DNA of 64,000 nucleotides from Heterodontus francisci (taxonomy: Eukaryota): contig NC_090389.1 of NCBI RefSeq assembly GCF_036365525.1, positions 71,001,226 to 71,065,225 of the forward strand, read 5' to 3'. The translations under genes and the position numbers were made by a program. The notes beneath the pieces are model-generated. The model made no database searches and was not told where the DNA came from. It saw only the letters and a program-made list of their open reading frames with translations. Within the stretch, counting starts at the first letter, position 1. Each line of letters opens with the position of its first letter. Below are positions 24,434 to 36,218 of this stretch, piece after piece.

Positions 24434-24614
24434 GTAAGTTTTAATTTTTTATTCTGCAGTAATATATTTGGTGCTTGAGTATTTAGTTTTCATTTTACAC
24501 ATTTAAAATGTTGATTTGTTAGGTACTTTATTAGGTGTATTTAGTGATACTTTCTAAGGTAGATTGATATGCAAGGTCTTGCATACGTTCCCCCCAACCC
24601 CAAGCAGTTTTTAA

Positions 24615-25015
24615 AAATTAATTCATTGGATAATGGTGTCACTGGCAAGGCTGTTATTTTCCCATCCTTACTGGCCACGAGTAAGTGGTGGTGTTCCTTG
24701 AACTGCTGCATGCAGCAATTTAATGCAACTGAATGGCTTGCTTGGCCACATCCAGAGGGCAGTTAAGAGCTGACAATGTTGGTGTAGGACTGCACTTGTA
24801 TACAGGCCAAACGTGGTAAGGATGGCAGATTTCCTTCCCTAAATGACATCAGTGAACCAGTTGGGATTTTCCGATAATCTGACAGTTTTATGACCACTTT
24901 TACTGGTAACCTGATTTAAAAAAAAACAATTCAAATTATCAAACTGTTGCAGGATTTGATGCACATTCTCTGGATTATTAGTTCAGGCTTCTGGTTACTA
25001 GTCCGGTAACACCAT
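24615..25015 (-). mobile_element. Shark tRNA-head SINE related to the 5' end of the LINE at 62362
   Basis: Reverse complement shares ggaaggaaatctgccatccttacc and actcttaactgccctc-like blocks with 62540-62650. Related 3' pieces lie at about 20330-20700 and 32765-33040. Confidence 0.55.
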
Positions 25016-25297
25016 ACCCAATTTCTTTAGTCCATCTGTAAGAATCTGTTAGGCTGCATTATGCTTGGAAAACATGTCCTGAATTTACTTGCAGAACTAA
25101 CTTGATGCTTATTTATCCTCCTAGATGTAAAGTGAAAATTCTGCTATTACTTAGAAGCTCAGTAACCTTGTATGTTGCTTGACTTACCTCTGGTCAGTTT
25201 TTCTGTATCCCTGTAATGTTTTCTAACCCTACACCCCTCTGGGATAGCTGCAGTCCTACAATTCAGGCGTCTTGAGCAACCATGATTTTAATCCCTC

Positions 25298-26025
25298 CAT
25301 AGAATCTTAGGAAGTTTAAGGCACAGAAAGAGGCCACTTGACCCATCGTGTCTGTGCCGGCCAAAAAACAATCCACCTATTCTAATCCCACCGTCCAGCA
25401 TTTGGTCTGTAGCCCTGCAGCTTACGGCGCTTGAGGTGCATGTCCAGACTCCTTTTGAATGAGTTGAGGGTCTTTGCCTCAACTACCCTTTCAGGCAGTG
25501 AGTACCAGACCAGCACCACCCTCTGGGTTAAAAAGCTTTTTCTCATCTCTCCTCTAATTTTTATATCAATTACTTTAAAGCTATGCCCCCTCGTCACTGA
25601 CCTCCCTGCTAAGGTGAATAGATCCCTCGCCTCCACTCTATCCAGGCCCCTCAAAATTTTGTACATTTCAATCAGATCTTCCCTCAGCCTTCTCTGTTCC
25701 AAGGAGAACAACCCCAGCCTATCCAATCTTTCCTCATAGCTGCATTTTTCCAGTCCTGGCAACATCCTTGTAAAACTGCTCTGTACCCTCTCCAGTGCAA
25801 TTACATCCTTTCTGTAATGAGGTGACCAGAACTGCACACAGTACTCAAGTTGTAGCCTAACCAATGAGTTATACAGTTCCAGCATAACCTCCCTGCTCTT
25901 GTATTCTATATCTCGGCTAATAAAGGAAGGGGTTCCATAAACCTTCTAAACCACCTTATCGACCTGTCCTGCGACCTTCAGTGATCTGTGGACATTCATT
26001 CCAAGGTCCCTTACTTCCTCTACAC
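25298..26025 (-). mobile_element. CR1 LINE 3' fragment
   Basis: ORF 25382-25885 encodes LEYCVQFWSPHYRKDVIALERVQ..., with the 3' tail at about 25298-25320. Confidence 0.9.
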
Positions 26026-27057
26026 CTCCGCTGGCAACGCGTTCCAGGCACCCACCACCCTCTGCGTAAAGAACTTTCCACGCATATCCCCCCTAAACTT
26101 TTCCCCTCTCACTTTGAACTTGTGTCCTCTAGTAATTGAATCCCCCACTCTGGGGAAAAAGCCTCTTGCTATCCACCCTGTCTATACCTCTCATGATTTT
26201 GTACACCTCAATAAGGTCCCCCCTCAACCTCCGTCTTTCTAATGAAAATAATCCTAATCTACTCAACCTCTCTTCATAGCTAGCGCCTTCCATACCAGGC
26301 AACATCCTGGTGAACCTCCTCTGCACCCTCTCCAAAGCATCCGCATCCTTTTGGTAATGTGGCGACCAGAACTGCACGCAGTATTCCAAATGTGGCCGAA
26401 CCAAAGTCCTATACAACTGTAACATGACCTGCCAACTCTTGTACTCAATACCCTGTCCGATGAAGGAAAGCATGCCGTATGCCTTCTTGACCACTCTATT
26501 TACCTGCGTTGCTACCTTCAGGGAACAGTGGACCTGAACACCCAAATCTCTCTGGACATCAATTTTCCCCAGGACTGTATAGTTCACTCTTGAATTGGAT
26601 CTTCCAAAATGCATCACCTCGCATTTGCCCTGATTGAACTCCATCTGCCATTTCTCTGCCCAACTCTCCAATCTATCTATATTCTGCTGTATTCTCTGAC
26701 AGTCCCCTTCACTATCTGCTACTCCACCAATCTTAGTGTCGTCTGCAAACTTGCTAATCAGTCCACCTATACTTTCCTCCAAATCATTAATGTATATCAC
26801 AAACAACAGTGGTCCCAGCACGGATCCCTGTGGAACACCACTGGTCACACGTCTCCATTTTGAGAAACTCCCTTCTACTGCTACTCTCTGTCTCCTGTTG
26901 CCCAGCCAGTTCTTTATCCATCTAGCTAGTACACCTTGGACCCCATGCGCCTTCACTTTCTCCATCAGCCTGCCATGGGGAACCTTATCAAACGCCTTAC
27001 TGAAGTCCATGTATATGACATCGACAGCCCTTCCCTCATCAATCAACTTTGTCACTT
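26026..27057 (-). mobile_element. Younger CR1 LINE RT fragment
   Basis: Open frame (part of ORF 26129-27208) with VDVIYMDFSKAFDKVPH, GVPQGSVLGPLLF and KFADDTK. Confidence 0.92.
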
Positions 27058-27780
27058 CATATGTCTTCGATGGTTGCCGAAGCTGGTGAGAGAGAGGTGG
27101 CGGCAAGCCTGCAATGAGAGATCTTGTCTGTCCAGGAGTAAACAGCTTTCTAAGTTCAAATTCTGTTTTCCAATTTAAAACTCCCCTAGTTGGCCAGCAG
27201 GTGGTCACGTGACCGGGGGTAGGGACTGGTTCCGTTGTTCCAACACTGGTCTGCTAGTATGGAAAAAAAAAAGTATTTCCAGCCAGGGGCTTGGCAACCC
27301 CTTGAAATAGGTCGTCTTTTCTTCCCAGCAACAATTTTCAAATTTAACGTCCATGTGGCAAAATAAATGTGCCTCATTCTTGGCAGGTGGGGGCCTGCAT
27401 GACAATATTTTCAAGTCATTCATCACTTATGCTGGTCTTGGGGAGAAATGTTAGTTATCTCTTTTCTCAAACTGAAGTGTGAGAATAAATCAATGAACGT
27501 TTCTGCTTTCGCTGTGCGAGAGTAACTTTAAAATTCAGTACAAAAAGTGCCGATAATCACTGGTTGAACTCTCTGAACTGTAGGGAGAGGAGTGAGCACT
27601 GTATTTGCAACGTACCACGTGCTGATTTGTGCCTAAAATCTTTCATTTGTAGAGAGCAGGAAAAGAATGAACTCTGGAAAAATGTCTGACTCTTAATGGT
27701 TACCGACATATGTAGAGTTTGATTGCACAGATGTGAATCTTTTAATTTTGTTCTTAGTAGTATATTGTGTTCTCTTGTAG

Positions 27781-27829
27781 GAGATAAATGGCATTACAGC
27801 TGGACTTGCTGAGCAACTGTTTCACAAAG
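27781..27829 (+). CDS. NISCH: Nischarin exon 4
   Basis: EINGITAGLAEQLFHK(G), tag acceptor and GTATGG donor, ends in phase 1. Confidence 0.95.
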
Positions 27830-28694
27830 GTATGGTTTTTAATTTTGACTTTTAAAGATCTTGGCATTGTGGGTTACTGTTGCAAATTCCATTTGCCATT
27901 TTTCCTTTCTAAGACTGCACTCCACTACTCATGAAGCATGGATATTGAAGTCTAGAATTTTAAATTTAGGATAAAATGGAAAAGGACTCTCTTAGGAGCT
28001 ACAGGTTATGACAATAAGGTGCCAGGAAACAAAATCTTGTAACTGATCCCCCCCCAAAATTTTGTATTCCACCTGAGGAGGGGTAAAAGCTAAACTATAT
28101 CTCTTGCATTTTGTACTTGCTTGGTGTAATGCAATGATTAAATATATTCAGTATCTGTTCACAGTATATAAAGTGTCTAACATAATCTCAGACTCAGTCC
28201 CTCTTTCTTACAGATGTAAGGCAATTTTTTTTTTTAATAAGAGGAATGAAAGCGACTCATTTTCATGGGTTTTTCTGAACCAGAGCCAGGAGTTAGAAGC
28301 AATAGACTTGTCCTCTGATCAAGAGTTTGCAAGTAACCACACGTACAGGTTTCTCTTCTTAAACCACTTCCCCATAGAAAGTACTTGAGTGGCAGCCTTA
28401 TAGGGATTGGCAGCTAAATCATCACTGTGATGCTCTTGACTAAATTACTGTATTGTAAATAATGCCATGAGAGAGCCACTGCATTTCATGAAACTTGGCA
28501 TTCATGTGACTGAGTAAGAAAGAAAAGGGAACAGGTTAAATTTAACTGAGAATCTTAAGTGTATTCCTCATCTAGCATTTGAATTTGGAATTCTATTATA
28601 CAGTGCTTGCTTATCTTGGCATGGCTGTTAAGGAAGGAAGCAGAGATGTCTTTCCAGAATTAACCTTATTTGTCAGCCAGAGTGGCAGAGTAAA

Positions 28695-29325
28695 TGTTCT
28701 TTGCAGACAGAACATGCACACACACTGCACCTATTTTAGCTGAACAAATCAAGTGACAGCCATTCACTGGTTCATTCCTCGGGGCAATGCCTTGACCAAT
28801 CAGAGTAAGGCTGCCTAGTTTAAATTTCAAACTAAGCTTGGCAGTTAACACCTATTCTGTACTAATGCTTTGTCTTTCAACACACCATTAACATATTGTT
28901 TGCATTTGCTCCATGACCTTTTGGTCAGCTATGTGGCCTTGTCCAATCTGCACCTTCTCCTTTGTTATCTCTTGCCCCACCCCCACCTCACTTGCTTATA
29001 ACCTGTGACATTTTTAATATTTGTCAGTTCCGAAGAAGGGTCACTGACCCGAAACGTTAACTCTGCTTCTCTTTCCACAGATGCTGCCAGACCTGCTGAG
29101 TGGTTCCAGCATTTCTTGTTTATATTGGCAGTTAACTGTCAGTCACCATAAACTGATGCATTTTCCAGGCAACATCTCTACCAATCAGAGTTCACTTGCC
29201 AACCAGTCGACACACTCTTCTCATACAGTATAAAATTGTTTTTGCTTACATTGGTATTCTTGCAGATTGTCCTGTTGAGTGCAGGACGAAAAGCTTCGAC
29301 AGCATGTCTGTACGTTCAGCAATAC
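28695..29325 (+). mobile_element. Penelope-like family B terminal region with nested family A insert (28850-29124)
   Basis: Hammerhead-like ttgtc-CTGTTGA-gtgcaggac-GAAA-agct-tc-gaca at about 29267-29301. The insert is flanked by duplicated ttggcagttaac (28838-28849 and 29125-29136). Confidence 0.6.
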
Positions 29326-29460
29326 AGAAGTAAATGTCTTCTGAGTAAATATCCCACCCATCAATCGGCATCCTTCATGCCTGTAATCCAGCTTTCATTT
29401 TTTCAGGCTGAAGCGCCATTTGTCTACAAATGTTTTTAAACTTTTTTTAATGTATTGTAG

Positions 29461-29624
29461 GCGAGCAGTTGCTCTTGGCAGGTGAAGCTTTTTGTCTCAG
29501 ACCACTACAGTTATATGCGATCACTCAACAACTGAGACTAGCCAGTCCCACCTGTGCCAATGGTGATGCCAAGACTGACCTTGGACACATTCTGGACTTT
29601 GCTTGTAGACTTAAGTATTTGAAG
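29461..29624 (+). CDS. NISCH: Nischarin exon 5
   Basis: (G)[24 protein letters not shown]...[20 protein letters not shown], with AG/GT boundaries. Confidence 0.97.
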
Positions 29625-30024
29625 GTAAAAATCTATACTATTAAAAAGTGTAATTGTATAATCCAGCGTGTAACCAGCGCATTTTACACTACTCTTTATG
29701 GCTTGCAAGTCATGATTTGTACCTGTTCTGTTATGGTACAACTGTAGTTTTATTTGGTTGCTGTCGTGCAACCAGTATACCAGAATTTAGATTTTCAGCA
29801 AAGAGAAATATTTTAAGTTAGAGAATCTTATTTTCATCACTTTGCAAACAACTCAAGCCGAGATTGAAACTTGACAGGAAGGAAAGAACCTCTTCTACTT
29901 TCATGCAGCACAAGAATGCTGAGCAATCGATGTAACATTACTTTCTTCTTTTAAGTCACTAATGCCACTTAATTTTAAACTGCTAAAGACGACAGATCTG
30001 TCAGTTATTTTTTATTTCTAACAG

Positions 30025-30120
30025 ATAACAGGCACCAGAGAATCTGTTGGTAGCAGCAATATTCAGGAACATCTCCTTAAATTCGATTTATCGATTTTCA
30101 AGTCTGTTCATCAGGTTGAG
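30025..30120 (+). CDS. NISCH: Nischarin exon 6
   Basis: [32 protein letters not shown], with AG/GT boundaries. Confidence 0.95.
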
Positions 30121-30764
30121 GTTAGTAAAGAAGAGGTAATTTAGTTGAATATATTAACTTTTTTGATTTTTATGAAGCTCTTCAAGCAACTGATTTCTTA
30201 GTTTCCAGTGGAATAAATATTGGGGAGATATAATAAACATGGCAGGGGATGTTTGCTTAAGGAAAGAAATTCCTGGATGCCTTGAGACAAATCTTTGAAA
30301 AGTTTAAGGTGTGTCATTGGTTTGCACTAAATAACATCATGAAGTTTGTGAGAAAAGAACCAAACTGCGTTCTTCTTCTCAAACCTGCCCTAGTTATGCT
30401 TTATGTTAACTGTGCTAAATAAATGCAAGTTGTTCTTCGCAGCTGAAGTACAGTCATTATTGTAAAGTAGGGAAACATGCCAGCCCATTTGTGCACAACC
30501 AGATTCTACAAACAGCAATGAGATTAATGGCCAGATAATCTGTTTTTATGGTGGTGGTTGAAGGATAAATGTTGGCTGGGATACCAGAAGAACACCCCTG
30601 CTTCTCGAATAGTGCCATGGGATCTTTTGCATCCACCTGAGAAGGAAGATGGGTCCCTGGATTAATGTCTCATTTGAGAAATTGCACCTGCAAAGTGCAG
30701 CATTCCTTTAGTGTGACATTCCTGAAGTTTAGATTATGTTCCAAATCATGTGGTGTGGGATGAA

Positions 30765-31265
30765 CATAGGAACATAAGAAATAGGAGTAGGAGTAGCCTG
30801 CTCTGCCATTCAAACAGATCATGGCTGATCATTTACCTCTACACCATTTTCCCCCACTATTCCCATATATCCCTTGATGTCATTAGTATCCAGATATCTA
30901 TTGATTTCTGTCTTGAACATCCTCAATGATTGAGCTTCCGCAGCCCTCTGGGGTAGAGAATTCCAAAGACTCACCGTCCTCTGAGTAAAGAAATTCTTCC
31001 TCATCTCCATCTTAAATGGCCTGCCCCTTATTCTCTCCCCTGGTTCTAGACTCACCAGCCAGAGGAAACATCCTATCCACATCTACCCTGTCACGCCTTG
31101 TAAGAATTTAAGTTTCAATGGATCACCTCTCACTCTTTGAAACTCTGGAGAATACAGGGCCAGTTTCTTCAATCTCTCCTCATAAGACAATCCTTCCAAC
31201 CCAGGGATTAGTCTGATGAACCTCCATTGCTCTCCCTCTATGGCAAGTATATCCTTCCTTGGATA
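30765..31265 (-). mobile_element. CR1 LINE 3' fragment
   Basis: KNFFTQRTVSLWNSLPQ followed by a tail of cttatgttcctatgtt on the minus strand. Confidence 0.85.
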
Positions 31266-31803
31266 AGATGTATACTTTGTGCATTTTGGACTACATTATA
31301 GGGATGCAGTTGGGCAATAGGGGCTAAATGGAGACTTCCAAAGTGCAGATAAGAAAATATAAATTTGGAGAAAGTTTTGGAAATTTGGGGATATTATCAA
31401 TAGAACAGAGAAAATTACAGGAGAACGTTGGAGATGTTTCCAGTGATTGAAGGGTCCAGAACACTCGAAACAATATTTGTAAGAGATTTAGGACAGAAAG
31501 CAAAAGAACCTTTTTATTTTACACAGGGACATAAGGCTGTAGATTGTACTACTGGAACTGGTGATTGACGCAGAGACATGCAACATTTGAGTTATTTTAA
31601 ATAGGTGATTGAAGGAAAAAGGGCTAAAGGATGTGGAAACAGGTGGGCGCATAAGATTGTTCAAAGGTTTTATTTGTTTAAGTCTCTCACACTGGTAATT
31701 TGAAAACTGTAGAACAAATAATGTGCTTAATCCAGTTTCCATTATGATCCTATGATATTTGGTATTTAACAGTCAGTTTAATGTTGTTCTTGTGTTGTTA
31801 CAG

Positions 31804-31899
31804 ATAAGTAACTGTGAAGCTAAACAAATTATTGGACTTCCTTCCCTGAAGAACTCATTGGCCACAATGAGTGTGGCTTTTTCGACTGCTTCAATGAAA
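31804..31899 (+). CDS. NISCH: Nischarin exon 7
   Basis: [32 protein letters not shown], with AG/GT boundaries. Confidence 0.93.
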
Positions 31900-33346
31900 G
31901 TATGCATTTAGCTTTTTTTTGGTTCCATTTATCTCTTGTCTGAAGGTGCATAATCATATTGAGATATGGCTCCATGACGATTGACAGGCTACTGGTACTT
32001 TTTATTTTGCAGCAGAGTGCACTAGATAGTGGTCAAAAATGAAAGTGCTGGGGATTTCTATTGGTGAAAGGGTGGAAACAGATGCTGAGTCAGTGCTGTG
32101 CTAATGAGACACAACGGATTTTAACCTGCAATCTTGGGGCTAATTAATTGTCATGATTTAAATGTACCAGGAGGTGCTAAAACAGACACCTGTAAGTTTA
32201 GCACTCGAGTGCAGATCGGAAGCAATTTTTGTGGAGCGGCATGTGCATCCTCCACACATCTACTTTCGCTGAAGGTGGAATGTGCTGGCCGACGGTCCCA
32301 GTGTCATGCTGAAGCATTCTGTTGTCCCAAGGTCAAGGGTGCACAGGTTCTTGGACTCATCACTGGAGGTTCTGGTCGAGGGGAGCCACAGGAGGACATC
32401 CTCAACCCACAGAGCGTGGTGGGGGAAGTTGTCCACTCTCCCTCTTATCCTTCCTCTCCTTCTCCTCCAGCGGCTGCTCTGCCTGGCCTCATGTCTTCCT
32501 CCCATTCTTTCTCTGGACCAAGTGGGACCCCTAGAGGCTGATGACCAAATATTCTCTTTCCCCTGGCAACTTCGTTATATGCAGTAGCACAGCAGTCACT
32601 CTCTTTAGATGAAGCCCTCAGAGAATTTCCAGGAAAAATGTTGATAGTGTTGAAGTCTTGAAAAAGTGTCCCAGAAAGTCTCCTGATGTGTATAAAGTCC
32701 TCTTCAAATATTTTAAGCAGTGCTAGAAATCTTCAACAACCAGTTGTTTACTCTTGTTTGTTTGTACCTGGGATGTGAGCATTGCCGGCAAAGCCAGCAT
32801 TTGTTGTCCATTTCTAATTGTGCTTAAGAAGATGGTGGTGAGCCGCTTGTTTAAACCGTTGCAGTCCACGTGTACCATTTGTTTATACACGCACAGCTAT
32901 TAGGAGGGAGTTCCAGGTTTTTGACCCAGCAACGGTAAAAGAACAACGATATAATTCCAAGTCAGGATGTTGGCTGGCTTGGAGGGGAACTTGCTGATTG
33001 GGAGTGTTCCCATGCGTCTGCTGCCCATGTTCTTCTTGGGACTCTTGTTCAGCTGGTTGCTGTTGGGCGAGATTGTTAATTGAAGTGCTCGTCAAGAATA
33101 GAGATTACAGATACTAGGATCAAACTATGAGACTGAGAGTGGAGAAAATCAAAAGGGAAAGTTCCAAGTTGGGGAGAGACAGTTTACAAACTCTGATTCT
33201 ATCCCTTTTGCATTATGAGCAAAACCATGTTGTATAGTTGAGGAAATATGTTTTATAATTGAGAATTTTTTTATTATTTTGTGTGCTTAAGTGGTGCCGG
33301 TCTCCCACTCATCAGTTATTTGATGAACTTGATTTGTTTTAATCAG

Positions 33347-33499
33347 GATATTCTTGTGCCAGAGGCTTCTGAATTTGAGCATTGGGAGGTAGAGGGGATG
33401 GCATCTGAGCATCCGGTTGCTGCGATTATCCCAAGATGGAACATGCTGACGACACTTGATATGAGTCGTAACCAGATATCTAATATTGATGAATCTGTG
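33347..33499 (+). CDS. NISCH: Nischarin exon 8
   Basis: [14 protein letters not shown]...[18 protein letters not shown] (first LRR), with AG/GT boundaries. Confidence 0.97.
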
Positions 33500-34282
33500 G
33501 TAAGGAAAGATAATTATGTTTATGCATTAAACACAAAAGACCATTGAACCCATCACTCACATATTTTGGCTAACTACATTCTGTGCTCCCAACTATCCAT
33601 TCTCCTCTTCTCTTGCTTCTCTGCACCTCCAGAGAGAGACAAAAAACAGGAGTTCTGTAATTCCTCCCCAACCCCTCATGAGAGATCAGATGAGCACCAG
33701 GAAGAGTTTCTGTGCTAATTGAACAGATTTATGTCACAAATGAACACATTATTGCACATAAGACTGTTTGAATCCTTGATTTTAAATCACATTTACCTCA
33801 TTAAAATTTTATGTCTTTTTTTTTCTTGCTTTATGTACAAGAACATTAAAGATGGTGTTGAGAAAAGGAAAACCAGTTTGTGTTTGATGTAAAATTCCTA
33901 TGCGTAGACTCCCAAAACATTATTTTTAACCCTTTATGACCTATTTAAAAAGTGGAACCAGTTTTATATTTGCTAATTTAGTCTCTGTAAACTCACTCAC
34001 CGTTTTCAAAACAACATGCTTGTGTATAGAATTGATAAAATATAGTTGCGTTGCAAGAAAATCTGAAAGATATTAAAGTATAATTGTATTTTTGAGAGGC
34101 TTCTAAATTGTAAAGCTCACTGCTGTGTGATGTGACATCATTTTATTCCATTTGTCCAACTGATCCCTCTATAGGTACAGGGGAATAAAAGGTCAGTTTG
34201 TAACTTTTTTGTCCATTTGCATTGAGAGATGGCTCTGATCATTTTTTCTGGTGTCAAATGGTGACAGTGCTTCACTGGTTAT

Positions 34283-34621
34283 TTTAGTTTAGAGATACAG
34301 CACTGAAACAGGCCCTTCAGCCCACCGAGTCTGTGCCAACCATTAACCACCCATTTATACTAATCCCATATTTCTACTACATCCTCACCTGTCCCTATAT
34401 TCCCCTACCACCTACCTATACTCGGGGCAATTTATAATGGCCAATTTACCTATCAACCTGCAAGTCTTTTGGCTGTGGGAGGAAACCGGAGCACCTGGAG
34501 GAAACCCACGCAGGCACAGGGAGAACTTGCAAACTCCACACAGGCAGTAGTACCCAGAATTGAACCCGGGTCGCTGGAGCTGTGAGGCTGCGGTGCTAAC
34601 CACTGCGCCACTATGCCGCCC
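34283..34621 (-). mobile_element. HE1/V-SINE-type SINE, full-length
   Basis: Head gggcggcatagtggcgcagtggttagc (A box) and gggttcaattc (B box), with a ctctaaactaaa tail. Confidence 0.9.
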
Positions 34622-34625
34622 TAAG

Positions 34626-34698
34626 CGCCCGAACAGGGACTTGAACTCTGGAGCCTCAGATTAAATGTCTGATGCTCTACCAACTGAGCTATCCCGGC
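34626..34698 (-). pseudogene. tRNA-Lys(TTT) pseudogene
   Basis: 73-nt GCCGGGATAGCTCAGTTGGTAGAGCATCAGACATTTAATCTGAGGCTCCAGAGTTCAAGTCCCTGTTCGGGCG. Relative to canonical vertebrate tRNA-Lys-TTT it has U33>A, a G4:G69 acceptor-stem mismatch and a T-stem mismatch. Confidence 0.85.
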
Positions 34699-35231
34699 TC
34701 CCGGTTATGTTAAGCTGTAGATGCTGCCTAGGATACTGCTCTGCAGAACGCTCTGGGCCTTTGCAACCTTCGTGATGCATCCTTTCTTTATGCCTTTACA
34801 ATGTAATAGAACAAATGCAGTGATTCTGAATTGGGCACAGGCGCACAGTGGAACAAGCTGGGAGGCAATAGTTGTTTTGGGCCTCTTAAAGGACATCTAG
34901 AAGTGAGCTGCTCACCTATCGTTGATGGGAGAAAAGAGATGTAGAATCATGCATAAAAATTAAGACTTGTGCCATTAGTCTTAATGGAATAATTATTCTG
35001 GGGAATATTGCCTTTTACAGTGGATAGGAGAAGGTCTCTGACTATTCAATAGATTTCATACTCCCCTTACCACACAGTATGTAATGGGATTTTTTTTTTC
35101 CTTTTTCACCTCCAAGCTGCTTCTATCTCTGCTTAAAATATTTCTCACCTGGTGGCCACCCCACTTTATGAGCATGAAAATTTTCATGAGTTGAGATCAG
35201 GACTTCTTCAGGTGAAATGTCATTCTGATAA

Positions 35232-35895
35232 TAGCGAGTGGTTGAAAACTTGCTTGCAGGTACAACGAGCAGTTAGGACAGTAAATGGCATGTTGGCCTT
35301 TATTGCAAGGGGATTGAAGTGCAAGAATAAGGAAGTCTTGCTACAATTGTATAGGGCTTTGGCAAGACCATACTTGGAGTACTGTGCATGATTTATTTGG
35401 TCTTCACATCTAAGGGAAGATATACTTGCATTGGAGGCAGTACAGCGAAGGTTCACTTGGTTGGTTTTTAGGATGAGGGTTTCCCTGTGATGAGATGCTG
35501 AGTAAATTGGGCCTGTACTTTGGAGTTTAGAAGATTAAAAGGTGATCTCATTGAAACGTACAAGATTCTGAAGAGATTTTGATAGGTTAGAGACTGAGAG
35601 GTTGTTTCTCCTTGTTGGGGAATCTAGAACATGGGGGCACAGCCTCAGGATAAGGGGTCATTCATTTAGGACTGAGATGAGGAGAAACTTTGGCATTCTT
35701 TAGAATTGGTTATGGATGCTCCATCGTTGAGTTTTTAAAAAGATGCGATAGACAAATTTTTGATCCCTTAGGGAATCAAGGGACATGAGGAGTGGGCAGA
35801 AAAGTGGAATGAGGCAGAAGATCAGCCATGATGGTATTGAATGGCAGAACAGGCTCGGAGCTGTATGGTGTACTCCTGTTCCTATTTTTCATGTT
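35232..35895 (+). mobile_element. CR1 LINE 3' fragment
   Basis: NGMLAFIARGLKCKNKEVLLQLYRALARPYLEYC followed by a CR1-type tail. Confidence 0.85.
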
Positions 35896-36149
35896 CATAC
35901 ATTACTAATGCTGTTATTTTTCAGCACACTAGTATAATTAGTTCACTTGACTTCTTTCCAGTGGAGAAATGGTTTGTTTAATTCATTCCTAATGGCAGAA
36001 AATAGTGATGCCAAGAGTTTACATGCACTACAATGTATTGCTTACATCACTCTCTTATTTTATGGTAGCTGTTTTGAATTCTGTTAGATTTTTATCCAAT
36101 GTTGTGCATCAGTTTTATAATTTAATGCGTTTGTGTATTTGTTTGACAG

Positions 36150-36218
36150 AAATTAATACCTAAAGTAGAATTTCTGGATCTCAGTTACAATGAAATAGCA
36201 GTAATGGAGAATTTACAG
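36150..36218 (+). CDS. NISCH: Nischarin exon 9 (LRR)
   Basis: KLIPKVEFLDLSYNEIAVMENLQ, with AG/GT boundaries. Confidence 0.95.

Noticed and set aside
26129-27208. 359-aa RT ORF as an active or domesticated reverse transcriptase
   Set aside because: It is a 5'-truncated CR1 fragment. The N-terminal ~50 aa are flanking sequence, and there is no endonuclease or genuine start.
34626-34698. Functional tRNA-Lys gene
   Set aside because: The invariant U33 is replaced by A, the acceptor and T stems have mismatches, and no terminator follows.
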